From: Pseudomonadota bacterium
GTDB taxonomy: Bacteria > Bdellovibrionota_B > Oligoflexia > Oligoflexales > CAIMVM01
Length of the DNA: 28,825 bases
Direction of reading: 5' to 3'
Assembly (NCBI GenBank): GCA_037142195.1
Contig: JBAXBA010000042.1
Span: 1 to 28,825 of the forward strand
The translations under genes were made by a program, and so were the position numbers. Below, one piece after another: positions 1 through 8,242 of the stretch (positions are counted from its first letter, which is position 1; each line of letters starts with the position of its first letter). The notes below the pieces were generated by a model. That model saw nothing but the letters and a program-made list of their open reading frames with translations. It ran no database searches and was not told the DNA's origin.

Positions 1-238
1 CATTTCGCTCCCGAGGATGCCCAGCAGTTAATAGAACATCACTCGGTGCCACTTTGTGAAACTGATAGACCACCTCGATGTGTGAAAAATCGTCAAGACC
101 CAGAATGCAGTCTGGTGTAAACTGTTTCGAATCCAAACAAATTGTAGATTTAATTTCACCCCAAAAATCGTCTACAGCTTCTTTTCTATCACATTCTATT
201 GTGCCTATGGGCTTTAGAACAATTTCAGGTCCACTCAT
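1..238 (-). CDS. TrmO/TsaA (YaeB)-family SAM-dependent methyltransferase, 3'-truncated by the window edge
   Basis: Not in the ORF track. Manual translation from ATG at 238 (GAGG SD upstream): MSGPEIVLKPIGTIECDRKEAVDDFWGEIKSTICLDSKQFTPDCILGLDDFSHIEVVYQFHKV...AGHPRERN. The PIG, GLxxFSHIxVxxxFH and HPR motifs are typical of the TrmO domain. Confidence 0.85.
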   Translation of the reverse strand, partial: MSGPEIVLKPIGTIECDRKEAVDDFWGEIKSTICLDSKQFTPDCILGLDDFSHIEVVYQFHKVAPSDVLLTAGHPRERN

Positions 239-449
239 TTAGATCCTCTCTTTGCTGATTCCCATACACTAGCACAGCCAATAACATTTACCTTGAAAGG
301 GTGCTCGCAAGGCTTGGAAATCTAAGTCCTATAAATCTTACACTTGGTAAGCTATTTATAAATGGAAAATTCGTTAGGAAAGACAAAGAAACAATCTATA
401 ATAAAGTGATTATGATCACTCAGCCGAGAAATAAAGCACTAAAGGAAGC

Positions 450-477
450 TGGTGGTCTCGGCCGGGAAGCAACCGGC
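450..477 (-). repeat. Displaced tRNA-Leu 3' fragment (att-like direct repeat)
   Basis: 450-465 TGGTGGTCTCGGCCGG is identical to 2238-2253. After 5 mismatches, AACCGGC (471-477) matches 2259-2265. Confidence 0.85.
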
Positions 478-639
478 GGATTATAACACGCTAAAAAGAC
501 AAAGTAAAATGTAAAGTCCTTGCTAGGACTGATATTTCAGTGCTGGTTTTGGGGAATCCTCTGAGGATTTAGAGAAAAGTAGCACTAGATGAATTGGCAA
601 TGGAGTGCGGCTGAATGGCACCTCCATTAAATTAATAAC

Positions 640-666
640 TTATCGGAACAATTTCTATTTTCTTTA
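640..666 (-). promoter_or_regulatory. sigma28 (FliA)-like promoter
   Basis: Minus strand reads TAAA-N15-TCCGATAA, versus consensus TAAA-N15-GCCGATAA. Confidence 0.55.
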
Positions 667-1174
667 GCGTTTCCAGGCACATACGCCATGCTTCATATTC
701 GCGACGCTGTTGCAATTTAAGTTAGGGGGTATACCAAGACATAGGCAAAATCGAAGAAGTCAGCAACTTCAAAGACCAGTGGTCGGTAGAAAGCCAACTA
801 GAAAACTAGTCGCGGCTAGGCCTCGCTATGAAGAGTTAGGCATCAAATCACAACTCAAAACAGTCAAGCCCCGTTGCTACTTGTGATGGCGTCGTTAAGG
901 GGTGACTTATGACTTCTAGGTACAACCAGCACTTTTTCGTTATGGTATGTAAAACTCCGATTCAATTAGTTTTTTGAATGCGATTGCTTAAATGCTTCCA
1001 TAAGGAATAAGCACTAGAACTTGGGTTCAATAGAACTTCAACCATTGTCAATCGATAAAGACTCATAAAGTTTCCGATGGTATCTTTTTGCACTCAGATT
1101 TTTAAATTTCTTTCGTCAAGAATCAGAGATCTCCGCGCTCACTCACTTAGGACTCATACTAGCGAGACACCACA

Positions 1175-1203
1175 TTGTCTTAGGGTTGCAAGTGTGCTAT
1201 CTT
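1175..1203 (+). promoter_or_regulatory. sigma70-like promoter of the TA pair
   Basis: TTGTCT-N17-TATCTT with an extended -10 TG, 25 nt upstream of the ATG at 1229. Confidence 0.5.
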
Positions 1204-1228
1204 TTGCTGAAGGTGCTGGAGGGCTGAT

Positions 1229-1486
1229 ATGACCAAGCCGGTTGTTAAAAAATGGGTATTATCTCCTCACGCAGCTAAACGGATGACTGAACGAGGGGTC
1301 TTGGTTGATGATATTCAACTTTTAATCGAGTCGCCAGATTTTTTAGTAGCGCAGGGCCCTAAGTGGATTTTTGCAAAGGCATTTAGTGCGCGTCAAGACA
1401 ATTTAGTCGCCGCTATTTTATTAGAAAGGAAGGAAAAAGACTTATGGATCGTGATCACGGTCATGGTAAACTTTCTACAAAAATAA
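1229..1486 (+). CDS. DUF4258-family protein (RelE/BrnT-like putative toxin)
   Basis: 85 aa with LSPHAAKRMTERGV at the N-terminus and WIVITVM at the C-terminus; GGAGG SD. Confidence 0.8.
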   Translation: MTKPVVKKWVLSPHAAKRMTERGVLVDDIQLLIESPDFLVAQGPKWIFAKAFSARQDNLVAAILLERKEKDLWIVITVMVNFLQK

Positions 1487-1488
1487 AA

Positions 1489-1725
1489 ATGAAGTCTCAA
1501 AAAAGAAAAGCTAACGCCAAGGACTTGGAACTTCCATTTGTTTCGATCGATAATGATGCAGACTTTGCAGCCATAAAGCTTGCTCCTGGCATAGAGGCTA
1601 AGTCTTACTTAAAGGATGGGGTCTTATTTTCTGAAGATGCCAAAGGTCGCATCATCGAACTCCAAATTTTAAACTTAAGTCTCACGGCCCAGCCAAAGCC
1701 TAAAAAACAGCGCAAAGTAGGCTGA
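1489..1725 (+). CDS. DUF2283-family protein (putative antitoxin)
   Basis: ATG at 1489, 2 nt after the upstream stop. SIDNDADFAAIKL...DGVLFSEDAKGRIIELQILNLS matches the DUF2283 pattern YDxxADAxYIxL...DxxGxxxGIEILNAS. Confidence 0.75.
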   Translation: MKSQKRKANAKDLELPFVSIDNDADFAAIKLAPGIEAKSYLKDGVLFSEDAKGRIIELQILNLSLTAQPKPKKQRKVG

Positions 1726-1880
1726 TTGTGCATGACAAGAAATGGACACGTTAAAAAATCGAATAGGCCTATACAGGCTTAAAAATTCCAGTTTAGGTAA
1801 GGCAAACGGCAGACTGATGTTCGCGTCTATTGCCGTTGACTTAAGAGCTTTCATTCTATCGAAGCTCAAAAAAAGCAATC

Positions 1881-2010
1881 TACTATCCCAACTATGAGCG
1901 GCTTCAAAAATGCGGAAAAATCTTGAAGTTTAGCTGGGTAACTGACATTAAGCTCACCAAAGTACAGGTTCGTTGCTAAACCCGGACCTAGTAGATGGGC
2001 ATTTAAAAAA
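1881..2010 (+). pseudogene. Decayed DDE (ISNCY/IS4-like) transposase fragment
   Basis: One frame reads GKILKFSWVTDIKLTK and, after a frameshift, FVAKPGPSRWAFKK. This resembles the conserved FSWVTD...GRxRWxIEN segment; surrounding frames are broken by stops. Confidence 0.45.
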
Positions 2011-2237
2011 TCTATACCTGTGGATTGAGAAAAATCTTGACCTAGCAAAGGAAGGAAACTGCTAATGTTGATTAGTTTGAGCACTGGCATGTAGAAATTC
2101 ATCATCAATCAGCTCAGACGAACTTCGCCATTGATAAACTCTATAGCTTTTAGGTATAATTGCAGCCAGTGCTGCTGAGGAAGAATCACCGCAAACGCTG
2201 TTCGCTTACGAACAAATATGCAATAAAATCAATGACT

Positions 2238-2324
2238 TGGTGGTCTCGGCCGGACTTGAACCGGCACAGCCGTGAAGCCGGAGGATTTTAAGTCCTCTGT
2301 GTCTACCTATTTCACCACGAGACC
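2238..2324 (-). tRNA. tRNA-Leu (anticodon TAA)
   Basis: GGTCTCG acceptor stem pairs with CGAGACC; anticodon arm GAGGA-CTTAAAA-TCCTC; long variable arm; T arm GCCGG-TTCAAGT-CCGGC; encoded ACCA end; 87 nt. Confidence 0.97.
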
Positions 2325-2348
2325 ATGCACTCAAAAAAGAGTTGGGAG

Positions 2349-2377
2349 ACGATAGCTTTTAGCTTCTTGGAATGCAA
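2349..2377 (-). promoter_or_regulatory. sigma70-like promoter of tRNA-Leu
   Basis: TTGCAT-N17-TATCGT on the minus strand, ending 24 nt upstream of the mature tRNA. Confidence 0.5.
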
Positions 2378-2384
2378 GGATAAG

Positions 2385-2705
2385 ATGACAAAAGTTTATT
2401 ATGATCAAGATTGTGTGCTGTGTAAGGAACTGGCAGGCCTGTGTCAGTCCCTAGTTGGCGGGAGAATTGCCTTCGTGGCTTGGCAAGATTACTTTGAAGG
2501 AATGCCGAGTGATATCGCTGTAGAAGTAGAAGGAGAACTTAGACAGGGAGCTGAGGCTTGGGAGTGGATGGTTCAAAACTTCCCCATGCTCAAAGGACTC
2601 GATTGGTTTGCAAGACGCCTCGGGCTTTCTAAAGGAAGCACCGCCCAATTCGTCAGAGGAAGCGCCCATCTTCTAAAACGGCTTTGCAGAAGATGTCGTC
2701 GCTAA
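2385..2705 (+). CDS. DCC1-like (DUF393) thiol-disulfide oxidoreductase
   Basis: N-terminal YYDQDCVLC (DxxCxxC) motif; ATG at 2385 with AAGGA SD. Confidence 0.8.
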   Translation: MTKVYYDQDCVLCKELAGLCQSLVGGRIAFVAWQDYFEGMPSDIAVEVEGELRQGAEAWEWMVQNFPMLKGLDWFARRLGLSKGSTAQFVRGSAHLLKRLCRRCRR

Positions 2706-2737
2706 TACACTCCCAGAAGTCCTCGCGACACCAAGAC

Positions 2738-2766
2738 AAAACCTCCTGGTACTAAGTACCAAGAGG
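2738..2766 (-). terminator. Rho-independent terminator, probably for the matrixin operon
   Basis: Minus strand CCTCTTGGTAC-TTA-GTACCAGGAGG hairpin followed by TTTT. Confidence 0.55.
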
Positions 2767-2910
2767 CCCAACAAAAGGAGGATTTACAGATATGATCGCC
2801 AATAAGGAAATCAAAGCATTGCTGCTATAAACAACAGCAATTCCGTAAAAGTAGTCCAAAAGAATAAAATTCTTTGGAACTAAGGTGGTTTAGCATGCCG
2901 GCAGGTAAAA

Positions 2911-3657
2911 TCAACTAGTTTTTGATCGGAAAGGAAATTTTCTGCCTAAACCTAGAGCAAGCAAGGGGAGTAGCAAAAGAACCCATAGCCCTGAAGGTTG
3001 CAAGGGACCTGAAATCCGCCCACATGCCAATGTTTTTGGGGAGTTAGTGATATACGCCGGATCTGGATACAAATAAATAACACCCGCCTTATCGTCACTA
3101 CCAAGAAGTGGCGAAACCTGAGAGCGACTATAGCTCATAATAGCGCCGTAATTGGAGTGGGCGTGACCCAGCCCCACACAGTGCCCCACCTCGTGGGTCA
3201 GGGTGTAGTCTAGCGACACCGCTGTAACAGAGTTAGTGCCTACTTCAATATCACAATCAAAAATCAAACCGTTTTCATACTGGGGCCGCGCTGAAGCTGC
3301 CGTAGAAAGGGACTCCTGTTTGCCTACTACAATAGCGTTAATTCGATCGCTGTCATTGATACTCGCGTTGGCATCTGTCGCCCCCAGCTCAAGTTTCAAA
3401 TAAGAACCTCTCACAGCACTCCAGCGACCTAAAGCCTTGGAAATCAGATAGCTCATAACCTCTTCATCAGTGGAGTTTGTGAGGACTCCCCCATCTATCT
3501 GATCTTTGTTCTTAACAAAGGGCGCGCTTCCATTCCAAACAAACGAAATAGTGGGAGCTGCTGGCGTGGCAGGCAAGGTAGCCTGTTCAGGTCCACTCAG
3601 TAATACAAATCCAAAGGCCTCAGTTCCTAAAAACCATAGGGCTAGAAAAGATTTCAT
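2911..3657 (-). CDS. Secreted matrixin-like (metzincin) zinc metalloprotease with C-terminal membrane anchor or sorting signal
   Basis: Signal peptide from MKSFLALWFL (GGAGG SD); HEVGHCVGLGH zinc motif; Met-turn AIMSY; C-terminus ACG...LWVLLLLPLLALGLGRK. Confidence 0.85.
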   Translation of the reverse strand: MKSFLALWFLGTEAFGFVLLSGPEQATLPATPAAPTISFVWNGSAPFVKNKDQIDGGVLTNSTDEEVMSYLISKALGRWSAVRGSYLKLELGATDANASINDSDRINAIVVGKQESLSTAASARPQYENGLIFDCDIEVGTNSVTAVSLDYTLTHEVGHCVGLGHAHSNYGAIMSYSRSQVSPLLGSDDKAGVIYLYPDPAYITNSPKTLACGRISGPLQPSGLWVLLLLPLLALGLGRKFPFRSKTS

Positions 3658-3665
3658 AAAGCCTC

Positions 3666-4115
3666 CTACCAAAACGTTGATGCTCCAATTCTTAGTGCAA
3701 AGGGACTTAAAAGAGTCCCACGACTGGGAGCAATTGCCTGCCTATATTCCATATTAAAACAAACCTTGGCACAAAATAGATTGGCACCTACACTAGACAT
3801 AATCCCTACACCCACTCCATTGAGATCGATCACCAACCCCCCGCCGACGGAAACATAAACAGGATCCTTCTCGGAAGATCGAATCCCATAGAAAATACCT
3901 GGAATGACACCCACCACAAATTCCGAATTTTGGGACGTGGTATATATAAATTGATACTCCGCGAAATTGAGCGGCGGAATCGACAAAGGATTCGAACCAC
4001 CCTGCCCTCCCGAAAGGGGGCCTACGTTTAGGGTCATCCCATTCGAGTAAGAGGGCCTCGAGCTTGAAAGCAAAAATAGGGTTATCAAAAAATAGAAAAG
4101 AGTCGAGATCCTCAC
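3666..4115 (-). CDS. Hypothetical exported protein, probable small outer-membrane beta-barrel
   Basis: Signal peptide, Gly/aromatic-rich alternating strands, C-terminal RIGASTFW; GTGA overlap with the upstream gene. Confidence 0.6.
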   Translation of the reverse strand: MRISTLFYFLITLFLLSSSRPSYSNGMTLNVGPLSGGQGGSNPLSIPPLNFAEYQFIYTTSQNSEFVVGVIPGIFYGIRSSEKDPVYVSVGGGLVIDLNGVGVGIMSSVGANLFCAKVCFNMEYRQAIAPSRGTLLSPFALRIGASTFW

Positions 4116-4639
4116 AACATCGCTCCTAATCCAATAGAAACTATTTGTTTTCGTCCGGCCGCCAAAAAGAGTCCCCCGCCTATCCCGGCTGGAAAAATAC
4201 CAGACTCCCAGCTGGCATCAATAACCACTTTAGAAAGACTATAGCTGTAACGAACCCCCAAAAAACCACCGCCATTATAAAACGTGTCTTCATGGTTTTC
4301 ATCTTGAGCATCTTTAAAAATGAGCCTTGTGGTCTCAGAAAGGACCGAGATTCCACCGCCGAACGTCAGACTTTTAAAGGAAAATGGGGACCAGTATTTG
4401 CCTAATGTTAGAAGCATGCTTCGCTGCTGAACGGGCCCGTAATCTCTCCCCCATCCCCAGACACTCCCGCCAAATCCGTTGAAGTATGATTTAAGACCGA
4501 TGCCTGGCTTTACAATGTCGTCCGATTCATCAACAGCTGCGATGGAGGGCACAATCTGAATGTCAGCTAGTGCCCCGGGAGCAGGTATGACAATATAAGC
4601 AACTGTTAAACAGGCCACTAAACGCCAAAAACTTTTCAT
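4112..4639 (-). CDS. Hypothetical exported protein, probable small outer-membrane beta-barrel
   Basis: Signal peptide ending ALA; amphipathic strands (FGGGISV, FLGVRYSY, VSIGLGAML). Confidence 0.6.
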   Translation of the reverse strand: MKSFWRLVACLTVAYIVIPAPGALADIQIVPSIAAVDESDDIVKPGIGLKSYFNGFGGSVWGWGRDYGPVQQRSMLLTLGKYWSPFSFKSLTFGGGISVLSETTRLIFKDAQDENHEDTFYNGGGFLGVRYSYSLSKVVIDASWESGIFPAGIGGGLFLAAGRKQIVSIGLGAML

Positions 4640-4699
4640 TTTGAAGTTCCCTGAATCTTGTTACAGTGTAGCATATCATAAAAAGGGGAGAATTTTTCA

Positions 4700-5386
4700 T
4701 TGCGGTCCATTTTATTGTTCCTTTACTTAATAAATCCCTTCTTTTTTTCTAAGAAAGCCGCTGCAGCTCAAACCGCACCTGAGGGAGCTCTTATGGCGGA
4801 GCTTGATGAGACCTATGATGAGGAATTAGCTGCTGACGACGATGATGCGAAACGTTTTCTTGCTGATAATTCCGAGGAGCTGAGCTCTCAATTCACTCGT
4901 GGAATCATTCTTTCTTTAGGCGCCAGCCACCCCTGGCAGTGGCTCAACCTTGCATTTAATCAAGGAGAGAACCAGTTTACAGTTGGGTTTGGTAAGGATT
5001 CTTCAGAACGAATTTTTGAAAACTCAGCCACCACCGTCAACCTCACTCATTTAGCTGTAAGTGCTGAAAGGCGATGGTTTCCCGTAAGAGAGTTCCCCCT
5101 AGCTTTAACCTATGGACTCAGCTATGGCGACTGGCAAGGCACTTCGAAATTCAATCGAGAGGAAAACAAGGCCTACCATGCCTCTGGACTCATTGGACTG
5201 GTATCCCTAGGACTTCACGTGCAACGACCCGACTGCTGGTATTGGGGATTGTCAATCCTCGGCACCTCGCGTTCCATTATCCTCTCAGAGAGCGGCAATA
5301 CCCAAGGCGGCAAAGTCAAAAGAATCCTTGAAGACCAAAAGAATTGGGGCATTCTCAACTTTTCTGTCGGGCGTTTTTTTGAGTAG
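4700..5386 (+). CDS. Hypothetical exported protein, possible outer-membrane beta-barrel with acidic N-terminal linker
   Basis: Signal peptide, acidic tract DETYDEELAADDDD, beta-strand pattern, C-terminal NFSVGRFFE. Confidence 0.55.
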   Translation: MRSILLFLYLINPFFFSKKAAAAQTAPEGALMAELDETYDEELAADDDDAKRFLADNSEELSSQFTRGIILSLGASHPWQWLNLAFNQGENQFTVGFGKDSSERIFENSATTVNLTHLAVSAERRWFPVREFPLALTYGLSYGDWQGTSKFNREENKAYHASGLIGLVSLGLHVQRPDCWYWGLSILGTSRSIILSESGNTQGGKVKRILEDQKNWGILNFSVGRFFE

Positions 5387-5583
5387 TGAGACTTTAGAGC
5401 CTGCTTAAGACTGCCCCGCGATCTGGGGCATTGAGATTCTCGCCATGCCGGAAACAAGCCTTATTTTTAGCCAGCAAGCCGTCGAGACTCAAGCATCTGA
5501 AGAGTCCCCCTCGATTTTTCTCATGAGTAATGATTGCCAATGTGATAGACTCCTGCCCCTAATCGAAACCCTAAGGGAGGCCT

Positions 5584-7281
5584 ATGTCGAGCGCTAATAC
5601 CCATGGCGATGCCAATAAAATAATTTATTCCATGTCAAAAGTGGGAAAAAATCACGGCACCAAAAAAACAATTAAAGACATCTCTTTATCTTATTTCTAC
5701 GGCGCTAAGATTGGCGTTCTCGGTCTTAACGGTTCCGGAAAATCCACGCTATTGAAAATTATGGCTGGAGTAGATAAAGAATTTATTGGTGAAGCTCACC
5801 TTTCCGAAGGTTTTTCGGTAGGCTTTTTGCCTCAAGAGCCAACACTTGATGAAACCAAATCGGTAAAAGAGATTGTCGAGGAAGCCGTCCAAGAGACCGT
5901 CAACCTTCTGAAGAGGTTTGAGGAGATCAATTTAGCATTTGGCGAAGCAGACCCCGACCAAATGGAAAAGCTTATTGAAGAGCAAGCCACTGTCCAAGAC
6001 AGGCTTGATCGTCTCGACGCGTGGAATCTTGATGATAAACTCAATTTTGCCCTAGAAGCTTTAAGGTGCCCACCAAGTAACGCCCATATTAAAGACCTCT
6101 CCGGTGGCGAAAAGCGACGCGTGGCCCTTTGCCGTCTATTACTTCAAGAGCCTGACGTCCTGCTTCTTGACGAACCTACTAACCACTTGGATGCAGAGTC
6201 TGTTTATTGGCTAGAGCGCCATCTCCAGCAATATAAAGGCACCGTTATTGCGGTAACTCACGATCGCTACTTTTTAGATAACGTAGCTGGCTGGATTCTC
6301 GAATTAGATAGAGGTGAAGGCATTCCTTTCAGGGGCAATTACTCTGCTTGGCTGGAACAAAAAGCAAAACGTTATGAAGTTGAGGCCAAATCTGAGGACC
6401 ATCGAAATAAAGCTTTGCAAAAAGAACTGGAGTGGATCCGGACCAATCCCAAAGGTCGCCACGCCAAGTCGAAAGCAAGAATCGCAGCCTATGAAAACCT
6501 TCTCAATGAGAACAATCAAGAAGCCCTTCAAAAAGATCTTAAAATCATTGTTCCGCCAGGTCCAAGACTTGGGGACGTGGTTATAGAAGCGCACGGAGTA
6601 AAAAAAGCTTACGGAGACAAACTTCTATTTGACAATTTGGAATTTAAGCTACCACCAGGTGGCATTGTTGGAATTATTGGGCCTAACGGTGCTGGAAAGA
6701 CCACTTTGTTTCGACTGATCACAGGAACCGAAAAGCCTGACTCTGGGGAATTTAAAGTTGGCAGCACCGTAAAGCTTGGTTACATGGAGCAGTCGAGGCT
6801 TTCCCTAGATCCCGCTAAAACCATCTATCAGACGATCTCTGGCGGCTATGAGACCATCAATCTTGGCAAAAAAGAAGTCAATGCCAGATCCTACTGTGCT
6901 CAGTTTAACTTCACTGGCCAAGACCAATCAAAAAAAGTTGGCGATCTCTCCGGTGGTGAGAGAAATCGCATTCAAATGGCTCTCTTATTTAAAGAAGAAG
7001 CAAATGTAATCCTTCTCGACGAACCTACTAACGATCTAGACGTAAACACTCTCAGATCCCTCGAAGAGGCTCTAGAGGCATTTGCTGGGTGTGCCGTTGT
7101 CATTAGTCACGACAGATGGTTTCTAGACCGGATAGCCACCCATATCTTGGCATTTGAGGGCGACTCTCGAGTGGTTTGGTTTGAAGGAAATTTTTCTGAT
7201 TATGAAGAAGATAAGCTGAGAAGACTAGGACGAGACTCTCTCAATCCGAAAAGAATTCATTACAAAGGCCTTACTAGATAA
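5584..7281 (+). CDS. ettA: Energy-dependent translational throttle protein EttA (ABC-F ATPase)
   Basis: Two ABC domains (GLNGSGKST, GPNGAGKTT, LSGGE x2, LLDEPTN x2), GAKIGVLG, and C-terminal WFEGNFSDYEED..RRLG typical of EttA/ChvD. Confidence 0.95.
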   Translation: MSSANTHGDANKIIYSMSKVGKNHGTKKTIKDISLSYFYGAKIGVLGLNGSGKSTLLKIMAGVDKEFIGEAHLSEGFSVGFLPQEPTLDETKSVKEIVEEAVQETVNLLKRFEEINLAFGEADPDQMEKLIEEQATVQDRLDRLDAWNLDDKLNFALEALRCPPSNAHIKDLSGGEKRRVALCRLLLQEPDVLLLDEPTNHLDAESVYWLERHLQQYKGTVIAVTHDRYFLDNVAGWILELDRGEGIPFRGNYSAWLEQKAKRYEVEAKSEDHRNKALQKELEWIRTNPKGRHAKSKARIAAYENLLNENNQEALQKDLKIIVPPGPRLGDVVIEAHGVKKAYGDKLLFDNLEFKLPPGGIVGIIGPNGAGKTTLFRLITGTEKPDSGEFKVGSTVKLGYMEQSRLSLDPAKTIYQTISGGYETINLGKKEVNARSYCAQFNFTGQDQSKKVGDLSGGERNRIQMALLFKEEANVILLDEPTNDLDVNTLRSLEEALEAFAGCAVVISHDRWFLDRIATHILAFEGDSRVVWFEGNFSDYEEDKLRRLGRDSLNPKRIHYKGLTR

Positions 7282-7322
7282 AAGTCCTTTGTAAAAAAAA
7301 AAGTTTGCTAAAAAAGCATTTA

Positions 7323-7364
7323 AGAAGCCTCTGAATCCATTTAGATTCAGAGGCTTCTCTTTTT
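7323..7364 (+). terminator. Rho-independent (possibly bidirectional) terminator after ettA
   Basis: Perfect 15-bp stem AGAAGCCTCTGAATC / GATTCAGAGGCTTCT followed by CTTTTT. Confidence 0.8.
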
Positions 7365-7445
7365 CCTAAGTGGAGTAGCCTAACTTCGCGTTTTACGGAC
7401 AAGTGGCGCCTCTATATTATTTCGGGGAGCATTCCTCAGGAGATG

Positions 7446-8063
7446 CTAGCGAACTCGGCCTCCCCCCGTTGGCACACAGCGACGCCACTGCAAGCCATAG
7501 GTCTGCGTAAGTTCGCCATCAATTGAGTCGGCAGCAATAAAACCGCCACTCCCTGGCAGAGCTTTTACCACGAGCCCCGTGCGAATAGAGAGTCGATGAT
7601 TCTTTTTCTCACATGGGGACCATGGGTTACGATTGCTTAACGTTAAATCCGTCGAAAGAATAAAATTGTCATTAAAAGGACCTGCTATGCGCAGAGCATC
7701 GATATCAGCGAGGACACCATCAAAGGCAAATGCGGCTCTTTGTCGAACCACAGCACCCGGCTCAACCATGGCAAAACCCCTAACATCAAAACGCGCGATG
7801 GAAAAACTCCAACCTGGTTCTGATGTAACCTGCAACACCGTATTGCAAACTTTCTTCACATTCTCTGGACCCGCCGAAGCCCGCACTTCTGCCATATAGT
7901 TTGAAAAGCTCATCGTAAATGCTTTTCTATCAGGGGCTACATTGATAGCGACAGAGTTGGGATCGCAGCCGTCGCCTCTTACGAGAAACCCTCCGATAGC
8001 AAACTCTTGGGCTAATGCAATTTTGGGTTCAAGAAACAGAAGTAGCAGTAATAAAAAGTTCAT
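7446..8063 (-). CDS. Secreted DUF4360-domain protein
   Basis: Signal peptide from MNFLLLLLL (GAGGAGG SD); GxGC motif, KVCN, PGWSFSI, WSPC, DSIDG, YGLQWRRC. Confidence 0.8.
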   Translation of the reverse strand: MNFLLLLLLFLEPKIALAQEFAIGGFLVRGDGCDPNSVAINVAPDRKAFTMSFSNYMAEVRASAGPENVKKVCNTVLQVTSEPGWSFSIARFDVRGFAMVEPGAVVRQRAAFAFDGVLADIDALRIAGPFNDNFILSTDLTLSNRNPWSPCEKKNHRLSIRTGLVVKALPGSGGFIAADSIDGELTQTYGLQWRRCVPTGGGRVR

Positions 8064-8088
8064 AATGTGACCCTCCTCAAGAGAAAGA

Positions 8089-8104
8089 TGCACATAGTAT
8101 GCCA
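8089..8104 (-). promoter_or_regulatory. sigma54 (-24/-12) promoter candidate for the DUF4360 gene
   Basis: TGGCATACTATGTGCA = GG-N10-GC, 25 nt upstream of the start codon. Confidence 0.55.
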
Positions 8105-8242
8105 CCTCTAGAGAGACTCAGTTCCCAAGAAAAACGCGCCCATTTGGCACTTTTGGGTATAGGAAAGAACTTTTTACGACAAAATGATACCACACCGAGG
8201 CAAAAGACTTGGAAAGTAAATTGAGGTTAGAATGGCCTTAAC

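Larger units (their letters stand above)
450..2265. mobile_element. tRNA-Leu-integrated genomic islet remnant (no integrase left)
   Basis: Flanked by direct repeats of the tRNA 3' end. Contains a TA-like pair, a transposase fragment and non-coding or decayed DNA. Confidence 0.75.

Noticed and set aside
301..486. 61-aa ORF on the + strand
   Set aside because: No recognisable motif, and it runs across the att-like tRNA fragment; likely spurious.
1056..1080. TAAAG...TCCGATGG sigma28-like motif
   Set aside because: The spacer is only 13 nt, too short.
1675..2108. Two minus-strand ORFs, briefly considered as a recombinase C-terminal remnant
   Set aside because: No catalytic motif; the opposite strand gives a better transposase-like signal.
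2774..2830. Strong SD (AAAGGAGG) followed by a 12-codon ORF, MIANKEIKALLL
   Set aside because: Too short to support without expression data, and no clear promoter.
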